Of a stretch of 64,000 nucleotides of DNA, positions 23,649 through 37,322 are shown one piece after another (the stretch's first letter is position 1; each line of letters opens with the position of its first letter). A model generated the notes under the pieces. It ran no database searches, was not told where the DNA came from, and saw only the letters and a program-made list of their open reading frames with translations. The DNA is from Malacoraja senta (taxonomy: Eukaryota). The stretch is taken from the NCBI GenBank assembly GCA_038087875.1, contig CM075993.1:11844001-11908000 (forward strand), given 5' to 3'. A program made the translations under genes and the position numbers.

Positions 23649-23738
23649 CTGCAGATTCAGACTCCATCTTTGCTCTCCTGGAACCACTTGCTCCAAGAGT
23701 GGCTCCCACACCGCATTCAGTTCATTATAATAAAGGAC
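23649..23738 (-). CDS. VPS13C: VPS13C exon (VLYYNELNAVWEPLLEQVVPGEQRWSLNLQ)
   Basis: VPS13 family YYNE..WEPLLE motif; AG acceptor, GTAAT donor; 90 bp, phase 0 to 0. Confidence 0.95.
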
Positions 23739-25154
23739 CTTTGGATGAAGCAGATTCATTTTATTTCAGAACCGCACCAAATAACTGTCTTGTCTTTCCA
23801 GAAATACTCTCTGTACTAGATATATTCTAGATTAAAACAGTTCAAAAAAAAATGTGGTTATATGTATGCCTCAATATGTCACTAAGAAGGCTTACAACCA
23901 AGGAAACATTTTGAAGAGTAGTTATGTTATAACACAGAAAATGGAGCTGCTGATTTCTATAAATCAGACTTCCATGCAGAAGTATGTTGCCTGTTTTGGT
24001 ATTGTTAAAGATAAATACTGTCCTCAGTAGGTGGGAAGAACCCTCCCCTTTTTAAATTTAAGGTTGTGATATCATTTATATTCACCTAAAAGGGCAGGTG
24101 TGACATCCTGCCAGTCTGGGACTAGAACCAAAATTGTGCTCAGGTCTTTCAAATGGTTCAGTTGACCCAGCTGACCATGCAAAGTGCTCATCTGGGAAAT
24201 GGTGTCTAGATTAGGTGAACACTTCCTCAGAGAAATCTTGCAATAGATTGATAATAATGGTACACTCTATCAAACTCCTCCATCAGACTGCCTTTGGCAC
24301 TATGATTCCTGACCATGCAGTCTCATGGCATTAAGAAATCCACCCTGCTTATCACCCTCCGCCCTCCCTCAGATAATGAACCAGTGCTCCTGTGTGTTAA
24401 ACACTCAGAAGCAACACTGGAAGTTGCAAGGGAATCAAGATCATTGCTGATCATAGGGTCATAAGTGATAGGAGCAGAATTAGGCAATTTGGCCCATCAA
24501 GTCCGCCGCCATTCAAATCATGGCTGATCTATCTCTCCCTTCTAACCCCATTCTCCTGCCTTCTCCCCATAACCCCTGACACCTGTACTAATCAAGAATC
24601 TATCTATCTCTGCTTTTAAAATATCCATTGACTTGACCTCCATAGCCTTCTGTGGGGAATTCAATGGCCTTCACTATTCCAAGCAAGATTCTGGTGAACT
24701 CCTGCACTCTCTCTATTGCTACCTCATCCTTGCTGTAGTATGGTAACCAGAACTGCACACAAAACTCTGTAGTCTAACCAATGTTTTGTTCAGCTGCATC
24801 ATCACATCCCATTTCTTCGACTCAATGACTTGCCCTATGAAGGCAAGCATACCAAATGCCTTCTGCACCGCCCTATCCACTTGTGTCACCATTTTCAGCA
24901 AGCTTTGGACTTCCATCCCAAGGACCACCAGTACAACAACGTTGCTCAGGTCCCTGCCGTTTACCAGTATTTGACTTCCCAAAGTGTATTACGTCACACT
25001 TGACTGAATTAAAATATTCTACTACTGCTCTGCCCCTTTCCAGCTAATCAATGTCCCAATGTACCATTAAACAACCTTCTCTACAACTTCTCAAATTGTT
25101 GCCTTTGGCAAATGTACTAATCAGACCATCTCACATCCAAGTCATTTATATTTA

Positions 25155-26809
25155 CAGTGCCCTTCATAATGTTTGGGACAAAGACTCATCATTTATTTAT
25201 TTGCCTCTGTATTCCACAATTTGAGATCTGTAATAGAAAAAATCACATGTGGTTAAAGTGCACAATGTCAGATTTTATAAAGGCCATTTTAATACATTTT
25301 GGTTTCACAATGTAGAAATGACAGCTGTGTTTATACATAGTCCCCTCATTTCAGGGCACCATAATGTTTGGGACACATGGCTTCACCGGCGTTTGTAATT
25401 GCTCAGGTGTGTTTAATTGCCTCCTTAATGCAGGTATAAGGGAGCTCCCAGCACCTAGTCTTTCCTCCAGTCTTTCCATCACCTTTGGAAACTTTTGTTA
25501 CTGTTTATCAACATGAGGACCAAAGTTGTGCCAATGAAAGCAAAGAAGCCATGATGAGACTGTCAAACAAGAATAAAACTGTAAGAGACATCAGCCAAAC
25601 TTTAGGCTTACCAAAATCAACTGTTTGGAACATCATTAAGAAGAAAGAGAGCACTGGTGATCTTACTAATCACAAAGGGACTGGCAGGCCAAGGAAGACC
25701 TCCACAGCTGATGACAGAAGAATTCTATCTATAATAAAGAAAAATCCCCAAATACCTGTCCAACAGATCTGAAACACTCTTCAGGAGTCAGATGTGTATT
25801 TGTCAATGACCACTGTCCACAGAAGACTTCATGAACAGAACTACAGAGGCTACACTGCAAGATGCAAACCACTGGTTAGCCGCAAAAATAGGATGGCCAG
25901 GTTACAGTTTGCCAAGAAGTACTTAAAAGAGCAACCACAGTTCTGGAAAAAGGTCTCGTGGACAGATGAGATGAAGATTAACTTATATCAGAGTGATGGC
26001 AAGAGCAAAGTATGGAGGAGAGAAGGAACTGCCCAAGATCCAAAGCATACCACCTCCTCTTTGAAACACGGTGGTGGGGGTGTTATGGCCTGGGCATGTA
26101 TGGCTGCTGAAGGTACTGGCTCACTTATCTTCATTGATGATACAACTCCTGATGGTAATAGCATAATACATTCTGAAGTGTATAGACACATCCTATCTGC
26201 TCAAGTTCAAACAAATGCCTCAAAACCCATTGGCCGGCGGTTCATTCTACAGCAAGACAATGATCCCAAACATACTGCTGAAGCATCAAAGGAGTTTTTT
26301 AAAGTTAAAAAATGGTCAATTCTTGAGTGGTCAATTCTCAATCACCTGATCTGAACCCAATTGAGCATGCCTTTCATATGCTGAAGAGAAAACTGAAGGG
26401 GACTAGCCCCCAAAACAAGCATAAGCTAAAGATGGCTGCAATACAGGCCTGGCAGATCATCACCAGAAAAGACACCCAGCAACTGGTGATGTTCATGAAT
26501 TGCAGACTTCAAGCAGTCATTGCATGCAAAGGATATGCAACAAAATACTAAACAAGACTACTTTCATTTACATTACTTTGCTGTGTCCCAAACATTATGG
26601 TGCCCTGAAATGGGGGGCACTATGTACAAACACTGCTGTAATTTCTATATGGTGAAACCAAAATGTATAAAAATGGCCTTTATTAAAATCTGATAATGTG
26701 CACTTTAACCACATGTGATTTTTTTCTATTACAAATCTCAAATTGTGGAGTATAGAGAGGCAAGTAAATAAATGATAGGTCTTTGTCACAAACATTGTGG
26801 CGGGCACTG
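25155..26809 (+). mobile_element. Tc1/mariner DNA transposon (IR-DR type), full length, inactivated
   Basis: TA TSDs; CAGTG...CACTG ends; about 220-bp TIRs with repeated cataatgtttgggaca. Transposase at about 25513-26551 has GRPRKT, WTDE, QQDNDPKH and SPDLNPIE (DD34E-type), broken by a stop at 25770 and frameshifts. Confidence 0.95.
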
Positions 26810-27829
26810 TATTGAAGACAGCTGTCCCTGCATCAATCACTGTGGTTACACTACTTGTTACAAACTTCCAGGCAGGAAACCATCAATATCCTCTGCCACC
26901 TATGACCAAGCCAATGTTGGATCCAGTTGGCTGATACGCCTCCGATCCCTTTGGCACAGAAGGTTAAGGCATCCTACAAAACCTGGTTAAACGCCTTGCT
27001 GAAGTTCATGCAAATAATGTCGACCATTCTACCCTCAATATTAGCAGTCAATTAAATTTAGTGAGACATGATTTCCCCTGCACAAGATCATGCGGACTCC
27101 TCCTAATCAGTCTCTGCCTTTGCAAACCAATGTATATCCTGACCTCGTGAATCTTCTCTCAACAACTTCCAACAATGATGCCAGTCTCACTGGTCTGCAG
27201 TTTCCAGAATTATCCGTCGCCCCTTTTGAATCAGGGAACAACATTAGTTGTCCGAGAAGCCAGCTTTCAGCCATTCAATTCACCGTATCAATTAACTGGG
27301 CACTTTATATTGCCCTAATGAAACATAGCAAAAGGTGCAGGAGGAGGCCATTCGGCCCTTCGAGCCAGCACCTCCATTGCGATGGTGAATGGTAGAATCT
27401 GGGGTATCTGGAGAGATGGGAATTTAGGAAGAATAAAATATGTTAGGGGCTGGATTAATATAAATGTGGGCCAATGGGCTCATTTTTGTGTTGCATTTCA
27501 CAGGGACTTTCGATCCTTTTCCATATTTGTTGATGTTATTTCCAATGTCAACCACCTGCCCAAGTTATCTTACATCTCCACACCGAAGCATTAGTAAACC
27601 TTCTACACTAGCTTAAGAGTCAGAGTAATGGGATGTTCAGCCCATCATGTCCATGCTCACCTTTATGCCCATCTACACTAATTGCATGTGCCTGCAGTCT
27701 GATCATATACCTCTCTGCTTTCTTTTTTTTTTTTTTACTTCCTGTATTTATGCCTTTTAAATGTAACATTGGTACCCAATTCCACCATCCCCTATGGCAG
27801 ATGGAAAGAGCTTCCATACTTTCAAGAAA

Positions 27830-29275
27830 CAAACAGCCCTATGAACGCAACGAGCCAGGCAGCATTTGTGGAGGGAAATAGACACGAGACATTTTGGGTC
27901 GGGGACCGTCTAGAGATTAATGAAGAGAACTGGTAGAGGGAGCTGAAGGGACGGGGTGGGGCAAGAACTGGGACATAGGTAGATCCAGATGAGGAGGGGC
28001 TGATTGGCAGACGACTCAGTTGGGGGAGAGAAGGGAGGAGATAATAACCAAGTATGGAGGTGAAAAGTGGAGGACAAAAGGGTGCAAATGGTGGAATCTG
28101 ATAAGGAAGATATGGAGAAAAACGTAGAACAGCAGAAGAAGGGGAGATGGGTCGAAAAATGGGGGATGCAAGGTAGTGATGGGGGGTGATGTGTGGATAG
28201 AGGGGGTAGAAAAGGGGAAAGGAATTGGGTGACAGGGGAAGGGAGAGCAGAAAGAAAGATGTGCACAATGGGGTGGGGGGGGGGGGGGGGGCGGGGGGAG
28301 GATGGGTCATGAGAAGGGTAGGTTATCTGAAATTGGAGAATTCAGTGATTGTGTTGAGTTGTAGTCTACCCAGAATACGAGATGGTATTTTTTCATGGAG
28401 CCTCACTCTGGCAGTGGAAGGTGCCGAGGACAAACATGTCAACAGGAAGGTGGCAAGCAACCAAGCTCTCCAGTTGGCCCAGGCAAACAGGGTGCATGTG
28501 TTTGGGGAAATGGTCCCCGGTCTACACTGGTCTCACCAATATAGAGGAAGCAACATAGACAGCACCAAATGAAATAGACAATTTTGCAAGAGCTGCATGT
28601 AAATCTCTTTCACATGGAAGTGCTGTTGGAGACAGACACTAAAAGCTGGAGCAACTCAGCGGGACAGGCAGGCAGCATCTCTGGAGAAAAGGAATGGGTG
28701 ACGTTTTGGGTCGAGACCCTTCTTCAGACTGGTTAGGGATAAGGGAAACGAGAGATATAGACGATGATGTAGAGAGATAAAGAACAATGAATGAAAGATA
28801 GGCAAAAAAGTAATGATGATAAAGGAAACAGGCCATTGTTAACTATTGGAGATCCTAGAATGGGTGTGGTAGAGAAGGTGTAGGGATAGATGTTCACCTC
28901 CTGCTGTTGTGGGATGTGGTGTCTGGGGAGAGGGAGGGGTGAGTGAACCAAGGAGTTACAGTGAAAGCAGAATCTGCAGCAAGCAGAAAGGGGTGAGGAT
29001 GGGAAGATGTGACTGCTGGTGGGATCACATAGTTGCTGGTGGAAACAATGGAGAATGATGTGGTGGATGCACAGGCTGGCGGGGTGAAGGATAAGGACCA
29101 GGGGAACTACATCCATGTTCTGTTTGGGAGGTCAGCTCAGATGTCTTAAATTCAAAACCTCTACCTGGAGAACAGGTGCGGCGGCAAGAGAAAACTAAGG
29201 AAGGGATGGCATCCTTGCAAGAGACAGGTTGGTAGGTGTAGTTAAGGTAGTTGTGGGAGTTACTGGGTTGGTGAT
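27830..29275 (-). mobile_element. Degenerate Penelope-like fragments (RT tail, GIY-YIG region, purine/pyrimidine-rich 3' region, ribozyme-bearing end)
   Basis: SNSHNYLNYT..SCKDAIP in ORF 29025-29300; 3' module shared with other PLE copies. Boundaries approximate. Confidence 0.7.
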
Positions 29276-30297
29276 AACTTCTATCCTTCATGAGTTCCAA
29301 TATTGGCCTTGAATATACTCAACAGCAGATTCCATTACAACCTTCGGCAGATAATTCCTTGATTCGTTACATTCTGGGTGAAAAAACTACATTGCATCTT
29401 TGCATTGAAAGGCTGATCCTTAATGTTCATAAGTCATAGGATCAGAATTAGGCCATTTGACCCATCAAGTCTACTCTGCCATTCAATCATGACTAATCTA
29501 TCTTTCCTCTCAACTCCATTCTCCTGCCTTCTCCCCATAACCCTTGACACACTTATCAAGAAACTATCAATCTCTGCCTTAAAAATACCCATTATGCTTG
29601 CCTCCACAGCTGTCTGTGGCAATTAATTCCACAGATTCACCACCATCTGACGAAAGAAATTCTTCCTCATCTCCTTTCTAAAGGTTCGTCCTTTTATTCT
29701 GAGTCTGTGACCTCTGGTCCTGGACTCCATGTTGTGTTGTGTCAAGAGTCTAATTTGTGCCGTGACTCTGTGTAATGTTGTGACTCTAATCCCTAGTTGC
29801 AAACATTCCAGACACAAAGAATCTTCCATCTATCTGCCAAGCACTCTATGTGTAATTGTAAAACGTATGACTGGCTGGTTACACAGGTATGCAACAAGAT
29901 GCTATTTCACGGCAGATGACAACGACTATACCGTCATCAATTTCTCATCTACTAGCACTAGACATTAGTCTTGTCAGATGCAAGAAAAGACCGCTTTGAA
30001 AAATGCAAAAAGCATGGTCCTTCCTCATATTTACCCTTAACTAATATCACAGAACCAAACGATACAATCATTTGCTAATTTTCATAAATTGGCTTCTTCA
30101 TTTCCATCATTATGAAGATTACTACATGTTGGCTGCACATCGCATCACACTAAAGAAAGTTTATATAGATCACACTTTATTTGTATTCAAATATATTGCA
30201 GTGCTAAGCACGATATCAAGTACCTAGTAAAGCAGGTCTAGTAAAATAAAAATATATTAATACATCCCAATCAAAGATAAAACAAGTTACCTCAAGG

Positions 30298-30497
30298 ATA
30301 GACACAAAATACTGGAGTAACTCAGCGGGTCAGGCAGCATATCTGGAGGAAATAGGTGACATTTCGGGTCGTGACCCTTCTTCAGTCATCGTCAACAAAT
30401 GTCATCTTTCCTCCAGAGATGCTGCCTGACCCGCTGAGTTACTCCAGCATTTTGTGTCTATCTTCGGTGTAAACCAGCATCTGCAGTTGCTTCCCAC
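30298..30497. mobile_element. Fold-back PLE-derived insertion with a 16-bp TSD
   Basis: Two inverted copies of the gatagacacaaaa..ctggagtaactcagcggg module; TSD acaagttacctcaagg at 30282-30297 and 30498-30513. Confidence 0.85.
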
Positions 30498-30506
30498 ACA
30501 AGTTAC

Positions 30507-30872
30507 CTCAAGGGTCATGTTTGAATCAATACTGATGAGTGATGTCCAGTTTTCGACTCTTCCAGAAAACGTTGACTCGGTCAAAAGCAAAGGGATGGTG
30601 CTGTGGCCGAGGCCACATTCGAGTGTTACTTTTATTAGTGGAACGATAATCTTGAAGGACTCCCCTATCCTCTGATGATTTTCTCCAAAGTAATTCTCTG
30701 TGGCTTCATCGGCATCGTCAACTCCCAGGAACCAGTAGTTGCAGTTGTGGACGTCTTTCACAGCCCAGAGGTCCGTGTCCCTGCACACTGGCAGCACCTC
30801 TTCCTTCTCTTGCACTTTAGGCCTCATCACAGACATGATTGTCGTAACAGTGTTCAGAATGATAGGAGATAT
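30507..30872 (-). CDS. VPS13C: VPS13C exon (ISPIILNTV...VTLECGLGHSTIPLLLTES...NWTSL...TLE)
   Basis: ISPIILNTV, WFLGVD, VTLECGLGH and NWTSL motifs; 366 bp, phase 0 to 0. Confidence 0.95.
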
Positions 30873-31162
30873 CTTAAAATAAAATAAAACTCTCCAGTAA
30901 TAACAATCATTCACTGGTTTAAGAATAGATGCAAGACGATATATTAGAAAAAGTCTAATTATATTGGAGATCAAAAATAACAGAGTTTAACAGTATCATA
31001 TCGGGGGGAATTAAAGATACTGATACTGGCAGAATTCAGTTGTAGTATGAAAAGACAGCAATTTTGTACACTTACCCCATCCAAATATTATTACATTTAT
31101 TTCAGAATTAGTGCAAAATAAAAGAACACAACACAGTATGCAAAAGAAAGAAACCTTCTTAC

Positions 31163-31255
31163 CTTTAAGTTTATCGGTTCTAATTTAAGACTGATATCTT
31201 GTGGCCCTGAAGTGGGCTCAACGAAGTCCAAGAACAAGGAACAAGGCTGCAACAC
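31163..31255 (-). CDS. VPS13C: VPS13C exon (VLQPCSLFLDFVEPTSGPQDISLKLEPINLK)
   Basis: VLQPCSLF motif; ttccag acceptor, GTAAG donor; 93 bp, phase 0 to 0. Confidence 0.93.
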
Positions 31256-31411
31256 CTGGAATGCACAACACCACACAGTCACAACACAGGAGACCCTGCA
31301 AATGGTGAACCGTGATCAAAACACAAGGTGCTGGAGGAGCTCCAGCAACCTCCTCATCCCATCCTCGTCCTGAGCTATTATTGTGGTTAACCAAGCGTTG
31401 TCTATGAATTT

Positions 31412-31719
31412 GGGCGACACAGCGGTAGAATTACTGCCTTACAGCGGCAGAGACCCGGGTTCAATCCTGACTACGGGTGCTGTCTGTACGGAGTTTGTAC
31501 GTTCTCTCTGTGACCTGCGTGGGTTTTCTCCGAGATCTCCTGATTTCTCCCACACTCCAAAGATGTACAGGTTTGTAGGCTAATTAGCTTCGATAAAAAT
31601 GAAAATTGTTCCTAGTGTGTGCAGGATAGTGTTAGTGGGCGGGGATTGCTGGTTGGCGCGGTATCGATGGGCCGGGGGGCCTGCTTCCGTGTTGTATCTC
31701 TATACTAAACTAAACTAAA
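31412..31719 (+). mobile_element. V-SINE (HE1-like)
   Basis: Full head, V-domain and (CTAAA)n tail. Further copies at about 32376-32660(+), 34927-35227(-), 45240-45680(-), 46066-46380(+) and 51327-51447(-, partial). Confidence 0.85.
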
Positions 31720-32732
31720 GATCAGCTGGTCACACAACAAGAGGGGAGACAATGGACAGACGGCTTTTTTTGTCAGAGCCCATCTTCAAACTGATATGAG
31801 TAAAGGAAAGAAAGCTGGAAAAGAAAGGTGGGCTGCGGGAAAGCCTGGCAAGTGATAGATAGATAGATACAGGCAAGGGGGCATCGCTTGGCAGATGGGT
31901 GGAATAAAGTGACAAAGGCAAGAGATGAAAAACAGACAAAAGGATGTTGGATAAGGAAAGAAGAGGAGGAGCGAAATGTAAAGCCGGAGGGAGGAATGTG
32001 GGTGGAAGGGGACAGGGGAAGATAAAAAGAAGGACTCGGGGATTGGAGATGTGTATAAAGGAGGGGAAGGATGTGATGTAATCCTATCCAACTCCATCAC
32101 ATCCTCTGGCAGCATGCCTGAGACAACAACCATGTCTGTGCAGAAAAACCTCCCGTCAATTCCCACTTCAAACCCTCTTCTCTTATCCTAAAGCCAGGAA
32201 CTGAACCATGGGGAAAAGTTGTAGAGCGATACTCCACATAGTTTTGTGCTGCCTTTAAAGATCAGGCCTCAGCCTCCTTCACTCCAGGGAAAACAAACCA
32301 AGCCTACCCGACCTTCCCCTTCAGTTCAGGCAATTCCTCCAAACTCTCTCCAGTGCACACATCCTTCTTACATTGGTGGCAGAGTGGTGCAGCAGTACAC
32401 CCGCTGCCTTAAAGCACCGGGTTCGATCCTGACTATGGATCGAACCCTGACGCTGTCTATGTGGAGTTTGCACATTCTCCCTGTGACTACGTGGGTTTTC
32501 TCCGGGTTCCTTGCACACTCCAAACATGTGCATCTTTGTTGGTTAATTGGCCTCTGTAAATTGCCCAGAGTATGTAGAATACAGAAGTGGGATAACATAG
32601 AACTAGCGTACGGCGTGGACTCAGTGTGGCGAAAGGACTGTTTCTGCGCTGTATCTCTCAACTCTCATTGTGGTGACCAGAATTGCTTACAGTACAAGTG
32701 CAGTCATTATTTTACAAAAACCTTGTTTGTAC

Positions 32733-32965
32733 CGTTGTAATATTTGTCCCTCTCTTCGCCTGGAGGAATGGACAGGCTAGAATCTTTAGGTCGCTGACCA
32801 ATGCAATCATTCTTCGACATTGTTTTTCATGGATTAACGAGAAGTCACACAGGAGGGAAACAACAAGTGCAGGGGCGTCAGCTTTCGACAGATTTGCCAC
32901 AAACACAACCTCAGGGTTCATGATCATTGCTTTAATGTTCATCCTTCGATTTGGAGAGTCCACAG
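32733..32965 (-). CDS. VPS13C: VPS13C exon (..NPEVVFVANLSKADAPAL...DLKILACPFLQAKRGTNITT)
   Basis: Strong match to VPS13C PEVVFVAxLxKADAPAL and DLKxLACPFL; 233 bp, phase 1 to 0. Confidence 0.95.
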
Positions 32966-34613
32966 CTAGAACAAGATAATAGACGTTAAGGTGCATGGCA
33001 TCAATGCAAGGTCCCCAAAAGATGAGCAAGAGCTATGTGAAAAATCTTAGCGCAATAATATTATACTGTCTGAAGAAGGGTTCTGACCTGAAACATCACC
33101 TATTCCTTTTCCCCAGATGCTGCCTGACCCGCTGAGTGGTTCCAGCACTTTGTGTATACCTTTAATATTATACTTCAGTCTGTTGACTAAATTTTTATAT
33201 TACAAATTAAAAGATTCTATTTAGCTCTGTGTATCATACTCAATGAGCAATCAGGGACAAATAAACCTATCCCATGTAAAAGATTTGTTACGGAACATAA
33301 TAGAAAATTAAGAATCAAAATAGTTGTGCAACATTTACTCTAGTAACAGCATTCTGAAAAAGATAGATTTGGGTGATAAATTAACCTGAAGTGATGGTGT
33401 TATTCTACTGCCTGAACAACTGAGGGTGGTGAATCTGTGGAATTCATTGCCACAGAGGCTGTGGAGACCAAGTCAATGGATATTTTAAGGTGGAGATTGA
33501 TAGGTTCCTGATTAGTATGGGTGTCAGGGGTTATGGAGAGAAGGCGGGAGAATGGGGTTGAGAGGGAGAGATAGATCAGCCATGATTCAATGGCGGAGTA
33601 GACTTGATGGGCTGAATGGCCTAATTCTGCTCCTATCACATAAACAGAAGATTAATGCACAAGAACAGTATGATGTTACATCCTTCATTTAATTTGGGTA
33701 TAATGTGAACAAGGAGTTCAATACTAAGTGGAGAGTTTGTTAAATGTGAAATGGCTGTCCCAACAATATTTCTGAACTGCTCCAAGCTTCTAGCCCCACG
33801 TCATTCCTTACAGAAAAGATTTTTTGCACATAGAGTCGCTGTCTCACAGCATCAGAGAGGCAGTAGCACTCCATGCTGGGAATTAACCATTATTAAATAT
33901 TGAAAATAATTTCTATCAAAAAGTTAATGATGAAATTATCCCCCAGAAGTTGAATTCCATTGATAGACTCAAAATGCTGGAGTAACTCAGCGGGACAGGC
34001 AGCATCTCTGGAGAGAAGGAATGGGTGACATTTCGGGTCGAGACCCTTCTTCAGGCTGATCACTTCAGTAGGGTCTTGACCCAAAACGTCATCCATTCCT
34101 TCATTCCAGAGATGCTGCCTGTCCCGCTGTTACACTCCAGCATTTCATGTCTATCTTCGGTGTAAACCAGCATCTGCAGTTCCTTCCTAAACAGTTGAGT
34201 TACATAATAGGGTTATAGATATGTGTATCACTGTTCTCTTAACATATACACAAGAGAAACTGTCCAGTATGTTATGTCAAATGTGTAGGAAGGAACTGCA
34301 GATGCTGGTTTACATCGAAGATAGACCCAAAATGCTGGAGTAACTCAGGCAGCATCTCTGGAGAGAAGGAATGGGTGACGTTTCGGGTCAAGACAGCTCT
34401 TCACTCCGAGTGAAGATGGGTCAAGATGGGTCTTAACCCAAAACGTTATCCATTCCTTCTGTCCAGAGATGCTGCCCGTTCCGCTGAGTTACTCCAGCAA
34501 TTTGGTTCTGTTATGTCAATTGTGGTACAAGTTTAAAGAGAACCATTTTTGGGAAATTTGTTCAGGGAAGGTAAAATTATTTGTACTTGGGACATGTAGA
34601 AAGTTATTCTCAC

Positions 34614-34846
34614 CACAGCTGGGAGGAGACTTTCCGGTCTGCTTTGGATGCAACTGGACGGATTTATCATTTGTCTTTTCAGGAATAGCTTTGATGAAGA
34701 AATCTGCAACGTCCACGAGGAACTCCACGCTGGCACATATGTACAAATGCTCCAGTAGAACCACAATCGAGGTCCCGTCCTCCAGCTGGCTGTATTGCAA
34801 CTCAATCATCACAGTTTCCCCAGAGCCTTGCTTTTTCTCAATCATT
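34614..34846 (-). CDS. VPS13C: VPS13C exon (MIEKK...LYICASVEFLVDVADFFIKAIP...)
   Basis: LYxCASVEFL..VADFFIKA motif; AG acceptor, GTGAG donor; 233 bp, phase 2 to 1. Confidence 0.94.
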
Positions 34847-35360
34847 CTGTAGAGAAGTATGGCGATAATTTATACACATTCCACATCACAGTAAAATATT
34901 ATTTAATGCCACACATAACAACCAGAGTTTAGTTGAGATATGCAGCCTAGTAACAAGCCCGTCAGCCCACTGAGTCCACAACAACCACCCATCACCACAC
35001 TTGTTCCATGTTCTCCAATTCTCTCATCCACTCTCTGCACACGAGGGACAATTTACAGAGACCAATTAACCTACAGACCCGCATGTCTTTGGGATGTGGG
35101 AGGAAACCAGAGCACGCGGAGGAAATCCACAGTCGCAGAGAGAATGGGCACTCCACACAGATAGCACCATGTCACGATGGAACCGGATTCTCTGGCACTC
35201 TGAGGCAGCAGGTCTACCAGCTGCACCAGTTCGCTTGCCCCTAAATCGGCTGAGGTTAGTGCCTCAGCAAATCGACCATAAGTACCGATGCAGATAAGAG
35301 CGTGAGAGAGTGCCAAAAGTGAACCACGAGAAGAGAATAAAGCACACAATTCATTCTGAC

Positions 35361-35530
35361 CTCTGTGTAACCTTCTCAACCCCTCGTCTTAGATCATCCA
35401 GTGTACATGTAGTAAGCTTCATATCAAACATCAACGAGCCGTCGGAGATCATCTTCCCTGAGGCCGTGGTGAGATGCAACCTGAACTCGCCCAGGGGCGA
35501 ACTTCCCTGGCGTTGCACCGATCCAGTGGC
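35361..35530 (-). CDS. VPS13C: VPS13C exon (ATGSVQ...LGEFRLHLTTASGKMISDGS...CTLDDLRRGVEKVTQR)
   Basis: LGExRLHL..SGKM..DGS..CTLDDLR conserved; AG/GT; 170 bp, phase 0 to 2. Confidence 0.93.
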
Positions 35531-37322
35531 CTTCGTTGGGCAAAACAATAGTGACAAAGCCATTCAGTGCTCAGAATATCCAACTCAATTAAACAAGCAC
35601 ATCATACCAAATCAGTAATAGTGTGAATAAATGGCAGTGCAAGTCTCAATCTACACAAAGGTGCTAGTTATACAAAAATGGCAGACAGCCAGAGAGATTG
35701 GAATCCCTTTACCATCGTTGCTTTTTTGCATATCTTTCATTCATTTGTTCTATATCTCTCTACATCACCGTCTATATCTCTCGTTTCCCTTTTCCCTGAC
35801 TCTCAGTCTAAAGAAGGGTCTCGACCCGAAACATTACCTATTCCTTTTTTCCAGAGCCGCTGAGTTACTCCAGCACTTTGTGTCTATCTTTGGAATCCTC
35901 ACTTTGTTACTCCGCCAAGAACATTGTGGGTGAATGTGCCACTTGGAGGATGAGGAGGTTTGGAGGAATAAAGGTGGGCAGCAAGAAAGGTGGGGGCAAA
36001 GGGGGTGGCAGAGTGTGGGTGTGGGCGAGGATGGCATTGGGGTGTTGGGGAAGACACGGATCAGGAGACAAAGATCGAGAAAGGGAAGGCCTGGATAGAG
36101 TGGATATGGAGAGGATGTTTCCACTAGTGAGAGAGTCTAGGACCAGAGGTCATAACCTCAGAATAAAAGGATGTACCTTTAGAAAGGAGATGAGAAGGAA
36201 TTTCTTTAGTCAGAGAGTGGTGAATCTGTGGAATTTCTTGCCACAGATGGCAGTGGAGGCGGTAAATGGATATGTTTAAGGCAGAGATTGGTAGATTTTT
36301 GATTGGTATGGGTGTCAGGGGTTTTGGGAAGGCAGGAGAATGGATTGAGAGGGAAAGATAGATCAGCCATGATTGAATGGAGGTGTAGACTTCATCGGCC
36401 GAAGGTCCTTATTCTGCTCCGAGAGCATGAGATGCTGTTAAGTTGTCTAAAGAAAATGTCACTGAAACAGTCATAAAGGAACCTGAAGAAGGGTCTTGAC
36501 CCGTAACGTCACCTACTCCTTTTCTCCAGAGCTGCTGTCTGACCCGCTGAGTTACTCCAGCTTTTTGTCTCTATCTTAAAGGTAAGTGCAGTCTTTCTTT
36601 AGTAAGTGCAGGGATTGGCTGTCTACAAAGATGAGCTGGCTAAACTAGCTAAGTAAAACATCACGTTATTGCACTTGCAGTCTTCGTACAATTACAATGT
36701 TCAAAAGCATTTAGACAGGAAAGGCATCGAAGATACGATTGAAGCAGGCAAATGGGATTATGTAGATACGTCAGCATGGATGAGGGGTTGAAAGGGCTCA
36801 ATTCTGTGATTCTCGGAACACGTTCCTATGAAGATGAAAACCTAATGCCATGTGATATTGAAAGCTTGATAAAGACAATAAAGGAAGCATAGAGATAAAG
36901 TATACACACCAAAAACCCTATTGCAGGGAAGTAAATGCAAACATCACACATGCATTGCGATTGAGGCACTTCAGGAGTATATACTGAAATTCTCTGCCAC
37001 AGAAGGCAGTGGAGGCCAATTCACTGGATGTTTTCAAGAGAGAGTTAGATATAGCTCTTAGGACTAACGGAATCAAGGGATATGGGGAGAAAGCAGGAAC
37101 GAGGTACTGATTTTGGATGATCAGCCATGATCATAATAAATGCTCGAAGGGCCAAATGGCCTACTCCTGCAAATTTTATCTAGGTGTCTATACGGTGTAA
37201 AGGAAGTTTTCATTTACCCAGTTTCGAAACACTAATGCTTGCCCCACAGAATTAGCTGTGTAGCTTTGAACAATTTGGGATGTAAAACAAAACGTATTTT
37301 CACCTTCAAAAATGGGTCCTAC

